A stretch of 53,499 nucleotides of DNA from a virus (IMGVR_UViG_3300042691_036629:1-53499), one strand, 5' to 3'; shown: positions 36,259-46,952, numbered from the stretch's first letter. Translations and numbers: made by a program. Notes: a model not told the origin generated them from the sequence alone.

Positions 36259-37164
36259 TTAAAAGTTTATTTTAGCTCCGATTGTATTAACACCGGTTAT
36301 TCTAGTGAAATTGAATTGAACATCATGTCCATATAAAGAAACTGTTTTGCTGTATGATAGATTAAGAATAGGCATTAAAATCGGTTGGTTATCAGTATCT
36401 AATCCTCTAACAAAAAAATAGTTTATATGTAATGGAAATTGTGGCTTAGATAATAAATCCAAGTCACTTAAAGATAATTCAGGTAAGTTTTTATTCTCTT
36501 TAAACGCTAAGAATTCATTCTCCAACAAAGAAACCGATAGAGTACTTTTACCAACTTCATCATTTGTGACAATATTTGGATATTTCTCTATAATAGTATC
36601 AGCAAACTCTTTTATAGAACCATCATTTGTTTGTTCCACTAATGTTGTTGTATCTTTTACAGGATCCTTAGTAATTACCTCTTTCGGCATTGTAGGCTTT
36701 AATAAAGAAGAAGCTGCTAAACCAATTGCACCAACAGTTGTTGCTATACCCTCATCTTTTTTAACAGTCATCATATCATCTTTAGCGAAGTTATCATAGC
36801 TCATAACTTTAGGTTGTTTAGTTTCACCTTCACCTTTTGTAAAATCTTGTCTTCTTCTAAAAAGAATATCTTTAAATGATTTTACTTTTTTATCTCTATT
36901 TGATCCGTGACTTCTGGATTTTCTCATCGGGACCTTTTGAAACACTCTATTAACACCACTTGGATTATAAGGAATTGCTATTTCATCTGGCTCAGAGCTT
37001 TTGGAACTTGCCCAATTTGTTCCAATAGTTTGACCAGCTAAACCAGAAGCAGCTGATCCATAACCCATACCACCACCGATAAAAGGTCCACCAGTTGCTG
37101 ATGTTTCATTGATATCATCGTTGTCAAACGATTCGAATGTTTCATAAGAGTTTAAATATTTCAT
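36259..37164 (-). CDS. Hypothetical protein with MKYLNSYETFES tag
   Basis: 301 aa, Gly/Ala-rich segments; AATATATA 4 bp upstream. Confidence 0.75.
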   Translation of the reverse strand: MKYLNSYETFESFDNDDINETSATGGPFIGGGMGYGSAASGLAGQTIGTNWASSKSSEPDEIAIPYNPSGVNRVFQKVPMRKSRSHGSNRDKKVKSFKDILFRRRQDFTKGEGETKQPKVMSYDNFAKDDMMTVKKDEGIATTVGAIGLAASSLLKPTMPKEVITKDPVKDTTTLVEQTNDGSIKEFADTIIEKYPNIVTNDEVGKSTLSVSLLENEFLAFKENKNLPELSLSDLDLLSKPQFPLHINYFFVRGLDTDNQPILMPILNLSYSKTVSLYGHDVQFNFTRITGVNTIGAKINF

Positions 37165-37174
37165 ATTTTATATA

Positions 37175-37429
37175 TTAAAAATTCTTGTCAACTATTTTAT
37201 AGTCGTATTTATTTTTTTCCGCCCATTGTATAACCTTTTCAATATTATCACCAATCTCGAAATTGATATCTAAATCTTTTATTTTAAGGTTATAAATCTT
37301 ACAAAAAATCACTCTTTTCTTTGGTGTGTAATAAACATAAAACTCAAACTTTTTCTTCCAAAAAAGAAAACGTCTTTTTTCGCCACTAATTAAAATTAAG
37401 TTTAAATATTTTCTAATATTAGTGTTCAT
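37175..37429 (-). CDS. Small basic hypothetical protein
   Basis: 84-aa ORF. Confidence 0.55.
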   Translation of the reverse strand: MNTNIRKYLNLILISGEKRRFLFWKKKFEFYVYYTPKKRVIFCKIYNLKIKDLDINFEIGDNIEKVIQWAEKNKYDYKIVDKNF

Positions 37430-37482
37430 TTTGTAAAACCAAAGAGTATTTTACTTATATATAAATAACCGGAAATAAAATT

Positions 37483-38076
37483 ATGAATAACCTAGAAAAA
37501 CTTGAAATTAAAAGGCTTCTAAAGGAGTTATATTTTATAGAGTCAGATTATGAATATAAAAACGAGTTGATAAATCAACTTGAACTTGAATTTATTGACT
37601 CGGTTAATAACTATTTAGATAATCATCCGACACTAAAAGAGGCTTTTGATGATAAAATTAATCAAAGATTTCAAGAAACTATAAATAAAAAAATAGAAGA
37701 ATCAAAAAAAGAAGTTGCTATTGTTGAAAAAGAAATAATAGAAGTTGATCCTAAGGTTAAGAAGCTTTATAGAGAAATAGTTAAGAAGACACACCCAGAT
37801 AAAGTAAAAGATAGTGACTTAAATGATCTTTATATAGAATCGACTAAATATTATGAGAAAGGTGATATTTTATCAATCTATAAGATATGTGACGAATTAA
37901 ACTTAGAATATGAGTTTGGTTTAGAAGAAAATGAGTTGATTAAAAATAAAATAACATCATATAAAGAAAAGATAGAACTTTTACAATCAACGTTTACTTG
38001 GAAATGGAGTTCTACTGAAGATAGTTCTAAAAATCAAATAATTGAGGATTATATAAAAATACAATTATTTAGATAA
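37483..38076 (+). CDS. J-domain (DnaJ-like) protein
   Basis: VKKLYREIVKKTHPDK with the HPD motif after an N-terminal coiled coil. Confidence 0.7.
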   Translation: MNNLEKLEIKRLLKELYFIESDYEYKNELINQLELEFIDSVNNYLDNHPTLKEAFDDKINQRFQETINKKIEESKKEVAIVEKEIIEVDPKVKKLYREIVKKTHPDKVKDSDLNDLYIESTKYYEKGDILSIYKICDELNLEYEFGLEENELIKNKITSYKEKIELLQSTFTWKWSSTEDSSKNQIIEDYIKIQLFR

Positions 38077-38698
38077 TATTTAGTTTAACTTTTCTATCAT
38101 CTAATAAAGTTTGTAGCTCTTCCTTTCTGAAATTTTTTTTATAAATATCATTTAACTTTAGAGGATTTTGAAGTTCCCAATCACTTCCGTTACTTGTTGT
38201 GTAAATATAATTCTCATCACCATCAACTATTTCAATTGTTTTTGATGAAAGTTTATCATAGAATCTTTTTACATCATTGTTAACTTTATATAACTTAGAA
38301 TCACCCCATCTATTCAATGATTCATTCCAAATTTGGAATATTATGTAAAGTGGATTCTCTAACTCATTTTGTTCTTGGCTAAAGATAAACATAAACTTAC
38401 ATGGTTTGTTTAAAAATGTTTGATAAGTTTCTGTATCTTCTAATTGAGATTTTTTAAGAGCTAAACTTGATAAAGAATTTATAAACTCAACATTATTAAA
38501 AAGAAAATCTAAATCTAGATTATCTTTAAGTTCTGTTGGTAATTTTAAAGTATCAAATATATCAACCTCTTCAGCGTTGATTGAATTTAAAAGAATATCA
38601 TGCCATATATTCAGCGATTCCATTAAGTCAACTGATTGAAAAGTAAGGTCAATAACTAATGACTCTTTATATTTTTTGTATGATTTTATCCACTTCAT
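38069..38698 (-). CDS. Hypothetical protein with MKWIKSYKKYKES tag
   Basis: 209-aa ORF. Confidence 0.75.
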   Translation of the reverse strand: MKWIKSYKKYKESLVIDLTFQSVDLMESLNIWHDILLNSINAEEVDIFDTLKLPTELKDNLDLDFLFNNVEFINSLSSLALKKSQLEDTETYQTFLNKPCKFMFIFSQEQNELENPLYIIFQIWNESLNRWGDSKLYKVNNDVKRFYDKLSSKTIEIVDGDENYIYTTSNGSDWELQNPLKLNDIYKKNFRKEELQTLLDDRKVKLNII

Positions 38699-38717
38699 TA
38701 AAATTGAATAAATATTT

Positions 38718-38733
38718 TTAATATATATATTAA
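38718..38733. promoter_or_regulatory. Palindromic ttaatatatatattaa giving AATATATA on both strands between divergent genes
   Basis: Centred in the 52-bp gap between 38698 (-) and 38751 (+). Confidence 0.45.
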
Positions 38734-38750
38734 AATTTTAATCTCAATAA

Positions 38751-39506
38751 ATGAAGGTTTGTTCTAAATGTAAGATATCAAAAGACTTTAGTAATTTTCA
38801 TAATTGTTCTAAATCTAAAGATGGTTTAAAATCAGCTTGTAAAGAGTGTCGTAACTTAGATAGTAAGATTCGAAGAAAAAGTGAGAACTGTAAAATAAAA
38901 GAAGAAGAATATAAAAAAAATAATATTGATAAAATAAAAAAATATAAAAAGGAATATTATTTAAAAAATAAGGAGGAAATTATAAAAAATAGTAAAAAAT
39001 ACTATACAGATAACAGAGATTATGTGAATAGTAGGAATAGTATTTATTATTCAAAAAATAAAGAAAATATTTCCAAATATCAAAAAGAGTATTATGTTAA
39101 TAACAAAGAAATATTAAACGAATATAAAAAAAATTGGTTCAATGAGAAATATAAATCTGATGAGATTTTTAAATTAAAGAATAGTATTAGAACTCTAATA
39201 AGAACATCTCTTAAAAAAAGTGGATTTGAAAAAAAATCAAAAAGTGTAGATATATTAGGATGTGATATAGAAGAATTTAAAATTTACTTAGAGAGTAAAT
39301 TTGAAGATTGGATGTCTTGGGATAATTATGGTAAATATAAGGGATATCCAAAATCAGGATGGGAGATAGATCATAAAATACCACTAGCTTCCGCTAAAAC
39401 AGAAGAAGATATTATTAATTTAAATCACTTCACCAATTTACAACCACTTTGTGGATATATAAATAGAAATATTAAAAAAGATAAAATATACTATGAAATG
39501 GATTAG
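38751..39506 (+). CDS. Freestanding HNH endonuclease (copy 3)
   Basis: CSKC..SKDG..CKEC; WDNYG..GWEIDHKIP..LNHFTNLQPLCGYIN. Confidence 0.85.
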   Translation: MKVCSKCKISKDFSNFHNCSKSKDGLKSACKECRNLDSKIRRKSENCKIKEEEYKKNNIDKIKKYKKEYYLKNKEEIIKNSKKYYTDNRDYVNSRNSIYYSKNKENISKYQKEYYVNNKEILNEYKKNWFNEKYKSDEIFKLKNSIRTLIRTSLKKSGFEKKSKSVDILGCDIEEFKIYLESKFEDWMSWDNYGKYKGYPKSGWEIDHKIPLASAKTEEDIINLNHFTNLQPLCGYINRNIKKDKIYYEMD

Positions 39507-40941
39507 AAATTATAAATTATTTAAGGAATCTAAAGATAATTCAAAATACAACCCGAAAAATATAGTACAAGAGATTTGTATTAGTATGATTTTATTAAAT
39601 AATGAATTTCTCGATCCTATACTGGATAGAGGTTTAAAAGCAAGATATTCAGAAGACTCAAGTGTCTTCTTAACAGATTTAAAAAACTTATTATTAGCAA
39701 AAAATAGACTTACTCTTGGTAGATTTGTTGATTCTAAAACTTGTGTAGAGGATGATGAGATTTCTAAAATAAATGGATTCTTTAATGAAGTTGACTTCAG
39801 TATAGATAAAGACTGGAATAAACTATCAGATAGTAGAACAACCGCTAGAAACTTAATGGATAAACTATTAGGTGATGAGAAATTAACTTCTGATAGAATT
39901 AGAAAAATTTATTGGATAGGACCTAATAAATCTAAAGATTTTAATGAAGATATTGTTATAGAAACAACTGAGGGTAAACAATTTTCTATTTTCTTAAATA
40001 AAAATCTATCATCACAAAAAACATCATCTTTTAATACATTTGGTGATGATTTAATCGGATCTAATATGGAGAAATTGTATTCAGAAGAATACATGGAGAA
40101 ATGGAATAAGTTAGTTCAAACTTGGGTTACTATAATTTATGAAAATGCTGACAAACCAATTCAAAGACATATTGAAAAGTTTATAGATCCACGAAGAGTT
40201 GAAACTATGGGTTACTTTGAGTATTTTGATATCAAACATCAAGATCCAAGATATAAACACTTAGGCGAATTCTTTAGAGAGTTTGATAAGAATATTTTAA
40301 AGTTTTCTGAATTATGTGATGAGATATGGAAGAATAAAGAAAACTGTTTTATGGATGTTGAAAGAGTTAAAAAAGAATGGTATGAAGCTAAGATTGTAAT
40401 TCTTAATTCTAAAATTCTTGAAAACTTATTAACAAATTCATTAAAAAGTGAATTCTCTGATGATATACAAAAGTTAGATAATGGAATGAAACGAGCTGAA
40501 GGTACAGTTAAAATGAAATTATTTAAAACTATTGTTGAAAAAATGGGTTGTTTGGAAAGAACACTTTATTATGTTTCAAATGGTGGTAATCAATTTAGTG
40601 TAATTCCAGCAAGAGATTTCTTTAGAAAGTATTACAATGATATTGATTTAAGCTTTGATTACCACGTTAAGTTTAATTATAATGAAGAAGATGAAGAATT
40701 AAATGATTTCAAAATCAGTTTGAATTTACAACTTGATGGTGAAAATTTAATTGATATGATCATATTCGTTAAATTTACTGGTGGTGAACTTTCTTCTAAA
40801 TTAAGTGCTAAATACAAATTTGAATTAGTTGATGACTTCAATTATCGAATTGCTAAGAAAAGACTTTCTGAATTTGAACCTAAAGAGGATCAAGGTGATG
40901 AAGAAGATTTTGAAGAATCGGAAGAAGATCAACTAAATTAA
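39493..40941 (+). CDS. Hypothetical protein with MKWIRNYKLFKES tag and acidic tail
   Basis: 482-aa ORF. Confidence 0.75.
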   Translation: MKWIRNYKLFKESKDNSKYNPKNIVQEICISMILLNNEFLDPILDRGLKARYSEDSSVFLTDLKNLLLAKNRLTLGRFVDSKTCVEDDEISKINGFFNEVDFSIDKDWNKLSDSRTTARNLMDKLLGDEKLTSDRIRKIYWIGPNKSKDFNEDIVIETTEGKQFSIFLNKNLSSQKTSSFNTFGDDLIGSNMEKLYSEEYMEKWNKLVQTWVTIIYENADKPIQRHIEKFIDPRRVETMGYFEYFDIKHQDPRYKHLGEFFREFDKNILKFSELCDEIWKNKENCFMDVERVKKEWYEAKIVILNSKILENLLTNSLKSEFSDDIQKLDNGMKRAEGTVKMKLFKTIVEKMGCLERTLYYVSNGGNQFSVIPARDFFRKYYNDIDLSFDYHVKFNYNEEDEELNDFKISLNLQLDGENLIDMIIFVKFTGGELSSKLSAKYKFELVDDFNYRIAKKRLSEFEPKEDQGDEEDFEESEEDQLN

Positions 40942-41011
40942 TCTTACATTTTAACGGCATGGAAAGTTGTATGTGTAATATATACAATTATAAAAAAACT
41001 TAAAAAGTTTT

Positions 41012-44000
41012 ATGCCATTAAGTGATTTCGTAGGTTTTCCATTATATAGAGACAATTTATTAACAGGTCCATCAAATGTTTCATTAGCAATACCGGGACT
41101 TGATAGTGTTATTTCAAAGTCAATTGGAATGACTAGTTCGGCCATGTTATTGGTTCCTAATCTTGATTTTTTATTAGAATTTGCTAAGGGTAACCTTGGT
41201 ATAAGTGATAACCTTTGGAAGTCTGTTATTTCAGCAAATATGAATTCTCCAATATCGGCTAACAGCGAAGGTGTATTTAAAAGTTTTGCTAAAGCAAATG
41301 ACTTACCATTAGATGATATTAACAAATATAAAAAGAATGGTAAATTTAAAATGCCAGTATCCGCAGTTGAACTAAGTTCAGCATTTGATGGTTCTGGATT
41401 AAAAGCATTTGAGAAAACAACAATACTATCAATCTTTGAAAGTCAAAAACCTTATATGGAAATAGCAAGAACTGTTGCCAGTTTATTTGTTGATATTGAA
41501 GATGTAGTTGCTAGAATAATGCCGTTGGTATCTCTTAATCCATTAACACATAAGTCTGCTATACCAAAGATGAATGGTGGTGGTGGAAAAAGACCAAAAG
41601 CTGTTGGTTTTAAAAATGGTGAAGAAATAAATGAAGCTTTGAAAAAACTTAAAGGAGCTTCAAGTAAAGGAGGTAAGATTAAAGTTGATAAAAATGGTGG
41701 TGTTACGAAAGAATCGACTGATATACAATCAACAGATTTAGGTGAGTATTTAGATCAAACTGTTAATCAGTTAAAAACTAAATATAAAATAATTAAAGTT
41801 CAATATTCAACTGGACAATTTGATCCAAATGAAGACTATATTTATACATTTATTGATTTACCGCCAGATTCAGGTGCTGAACCGGATAATTCCCCACCAG
41901 AAGATGATGAAGATCCATATGATAAATATAAACCAGAAAAAATAATATTAGGAATTTATAATTCAAAAGGTGTTCCTATTAATCCCAATGAATTTCTTAG
42001 AACAATAGGATATACTGGTAATCAAAAAACTGAATTAGATACAACATATAAAAGAGCTGAGTGGATAACTAAGTCTGAAAAATGGAAATTTAGAAATGGT
42101 GATTTCACATGGCCAACTTTAGGAACTCCTAATTATGTTTTTGAAAGAGGACTTTTAACACAGGTAGCTAAAACTGCTCCTGAAAAATACACTCTTAAAA
42201 AATATAAAAAAGATGATAAAAACATTTTAACTAATGAAACCGCTATAGAAGGTGATCCAGTTATTGATAGCTTTGATTTAACGGATTCCGATGTTTATAC
42301 TAGATTCTTTACGGAATACACCAATATACAAATAAACTTGGCTAAAGATTTAGAACCTGAAGATAAAGAAGAAGCTAGAAAAGAAGTTCTTAGTAGAATA
42401 AATGTTCCTTCTCATTTAGAAAACTTATCAAATTATAGTCAAAATAAGAAAACATATTATAAACCTATAAATGGTCAACCTGCTTTTCCGGAAACTTTAA
42501 AAACTATATTTAAACCATATCAGATATATTCAGCATCAGCTTCAGCAGACCCAAAACTTGCTGGATTAAATGGTTTAATTTGGATTGATCCAGAAGCTGA
42601 TTATGAAACTAAAGTTATAAGAGTTGATCCAGTTTTTAAAATAAAAACAGATAAAGTAAAAGATGAATCTAAATTAGAAACAACAATAAAATCATTTGTT
42701 AAGAATTTATATGAAATAAAGAAATCTGATAATTCGAGTTTTGGAATAGAAATTAAGAAAAATGGAACTCTATTGGAAAGTATAGAAAGTACAAAAGTTT
42801 ATAATTTAGATAACTGGAATTATCAAAATGGTCAAATAATTAATACCAATACTTTTACATTTAAAATGTGGTCTGATGAACCAATATATGAGTATAAAAC
42901 AGCAACTGTAAAAAATTGGGGTACAAAAACTCTTAAAAAAGAAACCAATGGATGGACATATACCGAAGGTTCTAGTAAAATAACAGGTGATAGATTATTA
43001 GGTGATAATAAAACATATATTTATGTAGAAGAAGGTATAGTAAAAAGATGGTATTATAAATATAATCAAGTACTATCTTCTGTACAAAATACAACAAATA
43101 CCACACAAACAATAACTATAACTGATAGTACATTTACATTACCTACCGATTTTGGTTCAAAGAAGTCAGTTACTTTAAATGTTTCGACTGGGAGTTGGAC
43201 TACATCACAGAGTAAAGTTCCTTTCTATTCTATAAAAGTAACAGACCTTAGTAATCCAGGAGGAACTATAATTGATCCATCAAAAGTAGATAATTTATTC
43301 TTATCTGGTAATGAACTATTTTCAAAAGGTAGATATGGTGTTGGTGATCCAAATGAAAGTCCTCAAGAGATTGATATTATAGAAAGATATCAAATGACTG
43401 ATTTAGATACTGAAAGTTATTATATAATAGAAGGTGTTAGATCGACTGCTAATAAAACTGGTCCTGTTGATGGTGAAACAAGTGCTGGTAAGAAATGGTA
43501 TAAGTTACCACAAGCAATCGGTGCTATAATGGTATTCATAAAAGTTCTTATAAAGATATTTACAAAATTAGTTCCAGCTATAACAAAATTAATAAAACTT
43601 TTGAAGAATCCAATTGAATTTATAACTGATATAATATCAGAGAAATTGGGTGAATCATTTGATTGGTTATCAAAAGATGCCTTTAAGGCTTTTTCGAGTT
43701 TAGTTGAGACAGTTAAAAAGAGAGAGGAGATATTAAAACAAGGTGGTTCTGCTTATGTTGATAAAGTAAAACAAATAGTTAAAAATTCTCCTTTAAAAGA
43801 TTATGTATTTGTTAATGGATTTGGTCAAAAGATTTCAAAACTTTCGTCAGCAGTTAATGATCTTACAAAGTCAGCAACACAGAATGCTACACAAGTTGGA
43901 AATACAATAACTAAAAATCTTGGTGGAGCGGCTGCTAATATAACAACATTTGGTAGTGGAGTTGATAATAATTTACAAAGTCAAACAAGTGCCATTGCTA

Positions 44001-46534
44001 ATAATTTACAAACACAAGGACAAAATTTATTAAATCAGGGTCAGAATGTTGTTAGTAACTTACAAAATCAAGCTGGTAATATTGCTAACAATTTACAAGC
44101 ACAAGGACAAAATTTATTAAATCAAGGACAAGGTGTTGTTAGTAATTTACAAACACAAGGACAAAATTTATTAAATCAAGGACAAGGTGTTGCTAATAAC
44201 TTACAAGGACAAGCTGGTAATATAATTAATAATATATCAACAACTGGATTATCATTTTTTGATAGTACTACTGGTCAAGTTAGTACAATAGTTGGTAATT
44301 TTTCACAAGCGGTCTCAAATAATTTAAGTGGTAAGACACAAGAAATTGCGTCTTTAGTCGAAAAAGCTGGTAAAGATACTAAATTCACAAAGGGTGTATT
44401 ATCAATTGCTGATCGAGCTATGAACGATTCATCTTTATTTGGTAATAAGAACATCGCTCCAATAATAAAACAATCACAAGGCTTAGGAGATTTTAAATTT
44501 CTTTTAGATGGTGTTGGTTTTATACCATTCTCTATATTTAATTTTGACTTATCTTTTGGAATGGAGTTAAATTTCTCAAACTTAATTTACAAAAAAGCTC
44601 CTATAAAATTGCTATTTGATAAATCAAAAAGAAATAGTAGTGATAAAAAAGATCCTTGTGCTAGTGATGAGAGTGATACTAATAGTGTTAGTAATGATAA
44701 GGCAGCTGGTAATAATTCAGATGCTAAAAATCCACAAGATGGATATCAAATAGTTTCAACTTGGTATTCAACTGGTCAATTTGTTGAAGGTGTTGATTAT
44801 AATTATTTTTATGTTACTCAACAAAACGAGGAGTTGCTAAATGAAGTAGATACATTAGAAAGTACTGGTAATCCAGATGATATGTATTTAGCGAAGGAGA
44901 AATTACAAGAGGCTATTAAGAAAAATCCATTTGATGAAACATTGAAAGAGAAGTTAAAAAGTTTGAAATTAAAACTTGTTGATTCTGCGACAGCAACTCA
45001 ACCTATATTAAAACTTATTATAAGTTTGGTTTCGTTACCATTAAAAATAATTGCTGATATTATTGAGTGGTTACTTTGTTTTTTTAAAGGATTAATAAAT
45101 CCACTTACTCTTCCAGCTAAATTAGCTGAGTTTTTTAGTTTTGAATGGTTACTTAAATTTGTAACTCCAGTTGGTATATTACAAACTCTTGGTATAAAGT
45201 TTAATCCACAATTATTATTAGGATGGATTGGTAAAGCAATTATGACTAATCCACCAATTGATGAGTTAGCCAATAAATTTTCGGATATTTCAAGTACACT
45301 TGGTGATAAAACACAAAAAACATTTGACAAGGCAACTAGCACTGCTAATAATACAATTAATAATGTACAAGGTCAGGCTGATAATTTAAAGAATAACTTA
45401 GTAGGTGGTGCTACTGAACAAGTTAAGAAAGTTAAGGGTTATTTATATTCAGATGACTTTGAACTAGCAAATTTAAGTGAATTCTTTAGTGCTCCATTTT
45501 TAGCACCGTTGCCAACTTTTACAGCTGGCAATTTAAGAGGTTTATTAAAAAATATTTCTAGTAAATATATAAGTGCTCTTCTTAAAAATGATTCATTTGA
45601 ACAAATTGATCAAAAAATCAACAAACTAAAAAGTGTTGTAACTGAAAATCAAAATGTATTGAGTACTTTAGTTGGTAAAAACTCACAAGTAACACAAAAC
45701 TTTAACAGTCAAGTTTTATTATCTATAACTAAACAAATAGAATCCGCTAATAATTCTTTTAATTTATTATCAGAAACTGGATCAACTCTTTTTAGTGGAT
45801 CTAATATAGCAAATAATCTAAGTGGTGGAAATAATTTAACAAATAATGTTGTTAATCAGATAACTGGTAATCTACAAAGTCAAACAGGTAATATTGTTAA
45901 TAATTTACAGGGTCAGGCTGGGAATATTATAGTAAATGTTCAAGGACAAGCTAGTAATGTAGTTAATAATCTTCAAGGACAAACAAGTAATATTGCTAAT
46001 CAAATTGCTAATAACTTACAAGGTCAAACCATAAATGTGACAAATAATTTAAACAATATTGGTGGTAGTATTGTTAATAATTTAGTAAACGTAAACTCAG
46101 CTATTCTAAACAATTTGACACAGAAGTCAGCTTTTATTGCCAATCAAATAAAACAGACAGCTAATCTTCTTTTAAAACAATTTTTTAAAATACCTTTCTT
46201 TAAAATAATATTTCCATCTCTTTGTTTTATTGAAAAGGTGGTAAACGGTTTTATTAACTTTATATGGTCTTTGTTAGGTATTGAAGTTATTATACCACCA
46301 CCACAAATAAAACTTTGTAAATCAGATAATCCACTTGATTTATTGAAGGTTTTAAAGAATGAGAAAGTTACCGAAGTTAATAGTACAATACCATATGAAG
46401 AACAGAAAGCTTCAGATTCTTTTATTTATGAAGTTAAATTATCTGATGGTGCGGTTAAATCATTTTTAGACAGAGAATCACTAGATGATTTTATTGCTGA
46501 GAATGCGGATATAAACTTTGATCTACAATTTTAA
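41012..46534 (+). CDS. Very large (1840 aa) putative virion/tail protein with N/Q-rich repeats and hydrophobic helices
   Basis: Two YSTGQF...DY blocks each followed later by amphipathic/hydrophobic helices; two NLQGQ repeat tracts; AATATATA at 40977-40984. Confidence 0.75.
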   Translation: MPLSDFVGFPLYRDNLLTGPSNVSLAIPGLDSVISKSIGMTSSAMLLVPNLDFLLEFAKGNLGISDNLWKSVISANMNSPISANSEGVFKSFAKANDLPLDDINKYKKNGKFKMPVSAVELSSAFDGSGLKAFEKTTILSIFESQKPYMEIARTVASLFVDIEDVVARIMPLVSLNPLTHKSAIPKMNGGGGKRPKAVGFKNGEEINEALKKLKGASSKGGKIKVDKNGGVTKESTDIQSTDLGEYLDQTVNQLKTKYKIIKVQYSTGQFDPNEDYIYTFIDLPPDSGAEPDNSPPEDDEDPYDKYKPEKIILGIYNSKGVPINPNEFLRTIGYTGNQKTELDTTYKRAEWITKSEKWKFRNGDFTWPTLGTPNYVFERGLLTQVAKTAPEKYTLKKYKKDDKNILTNETAIEGDPVIDSFDLTDSDVYTRFFTEYTNIQINLAKDLEPEDKEEARKEVLSRINVPSHLENLSNYSQNKKTYYKPINGQPAFPETLKTIFKPYQIYSASASADPKLAGLNGLIWIDPEADYETKVIRVDPVFKIKTDKVKDESKLETTIKSFVKNLYEIKKSDNSSFGIEIKKNGTLLESIESTKVYNLDNWNYQNGQIINTNTFTFKMWSDEPIYEYKTATVKNWGTKTLKKETNGWTYTEGSSKITGDRLLGDNKTYIYVEEGIVKRWYYKYNQVLSSVQNTTNTTQTITITDSTFTLPTDFGSKKSVTLNVSTGSWTTSQSKVPFYSIKVTDLSNPGGTIIDPSKVDNLFLSGNELFSKGRYGVGDPNESPQEIDIIERYQMTDLDTESYYIIEGVRSTANKTGPVDGETSAGKKWYKLPQAIGAIMVFIKVLIKIFTKLVPAITKLIKLLKNPIEFITDIISEKLGESFDWLSKDAFKAFSSLVETVKKREEILKQGGSAYVDKVKQIVKNSPLKDYVFVNGFGQKISKLSSAVNDLTKSATQNATQVGNTITKNLGGAAANITTFGSGVDNNLQSQTSAIANNLQTQGQNLLNQGQNVVSNLQNQAGNIANNLQAQGQNLLNQGQGVVSNLQTQGQNLLNQGQGVANNLQGQAGNIINNISTTGLSFFDSTTGQVSTIVGNFSQAVSNNLSGKTQEIASLVEKAGKDTKFTKGVLSIADRAMNDSSLFGNKNIAPIIKQSQGLGDFKFLLDGVGFIPFSIFNFDLSFGMELNFSNLIYKKAPIKLLFDKSKRNSSDKKDPCASDESDTNSVSNDKAAGNNSDAKNPQDGYQIVSTWYSTGQFVEGVDYNYFYVTQQNEELLNEVDTLESTGNPDDMYLAKEKLQEAIKKNPFDETLKEKLKSLKLKLVDSATATQPILKLIISLVSLPLKIIADIIEWLLCFFKGLINPLTLPAKLAEFFSFEWLLKFVTPVGILQTLGIKFNPQLLLGWIGKAIMTNPPIDELANKFSDISSTLGDKTQKTFDKATSTANNTINNVQGQADNLKNNLVGGATEQVKKVKGYLYSDDFELANLSEFFSAPFLAPLPTFTAGNLRGLLKNISSKYISALLKNDSFEQIDQKINKLKSVVTENQNVLSTLVGKNSQVTQNFNSQVLLSITKQIESANNSFNLLSETGSTLFSGSNIANNLSGGNNLTNNVVNQITGNLQSQTGNIVNNLQGQAGNIIVNVQGQASNVVNNLQGQTSNIANQIANNLQGQTINVTNNLNNIGGSIVNNLVNVNSAILNNLTQKSAFIANQIKQTANLLLKQFFKIPFFKIIFPSLCFIEKVVNGFINFIWSLLGIEVIIPPPQIKLCKSDNPLDLLKVLKNEKVTEVNSTIPYEEQKASDSFIYEVKLSDGAVKSFLDRESLDDFIAENADINFDLQF
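43966..44233 (+). repeat. Coding repeats of 33/54 bp (NNLQxQGQNLLNQGQxVV)
   Basis: 38-bp identical direct repeat at 44101-44138 and 44155-44192 plus degenerate copies. Confidence 0.85.
45850..46080 (+). repeat. Second 11-aa repeat tract (NNLQGQxxNIV)
   Basis: GNLQSQTGNIVNNLQGQAGNIIVNVQGQASNVVNNLQGQTSNIA... Confidence 0.75.
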
Positions 46535-46559
46535 TATAATCTAAAAAAATAGATTTATT

Positions 46560-46778
46560 ATGCCAAAGTCAAAACACAGAAAAAATCACAAGCAAAAAGT
46601 ACAAGCTAGAAGAAATAGATTGGCTAGTGAGAAAGCACACGCTCAAAAATTACAAAGAGAATTCATTATGAATTTAATTAAACAAGAGCAAGATAAAGGA
46701 ATGTTTGAAAACATGCCTACACTTGATACACAAGGACCAATTTTAGATGGACCAATCGTAGAAGGACCTTCTATCTAA
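46560..46778 (+). CDS. Small protein with highly basic N-terminus
   Basis: MPKSKHRKNHKQKVQARRNR, followed by a terminator. Confidence 0.7.
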   Translation: MPKSKHRKNHKQKVQARRNRLASEKAHAQKLQREFIMNLIKQEQDKGMFENMPTLDTQGPILDGPIVEGPSI

Positions 46779-46800
46779 ATTTTTCTATTTAATGATTTTG

Positions 46801-46831
46801 AAAAGTTCTTAGACTATGTTTAAGAACTTTT
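46801..46831. terminator. Bidirectional intrinsic terminator
   Basis: aaaagttctta-9 nt-taagaactttt. Confidence 0.7.
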
Positions 46832-46952
46832 TTATTTTGTGATTGAGAAATCTTTTTAAAATTTCAGTTTTATTACAAGAAGGCTGTTTCTTTTTACAAA
46901 CTGTAAAGTACCAATTTATCATTAATATTTTATCTACGTCTTCTTTACACAT
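46809..46952 (-). CDS. Possible 47-aa ORF (missing from track)
   Basis: Own translation MCKEDVDKILMINWYFTVCKKKQPSCNKTEILKRFLNHKIKKFLNIV; fills the gap and ends inside the terminator. Confidence 0.35.
   Translation of the reverse strand: MCKEDVDKILMINWYFTVCKKKQPSCNKTEILKRFLNHKIKKFLNIV

Noticed and set aside
40951-41325. 124-aa minus-strand ORF
   Set aside because: Lies almost entirely antisense to the start of the 1840-aa gene; shadow composition.
44998-45342. 114-aa minus-strand ORF and similar short opposite-strand ORFs in the track (e.g. 2142, 4608, 8744, 23730, 36566, 47327)
   Set aside because: Fully nested antisense to well-supported genes; expected in AT-rich DNA.
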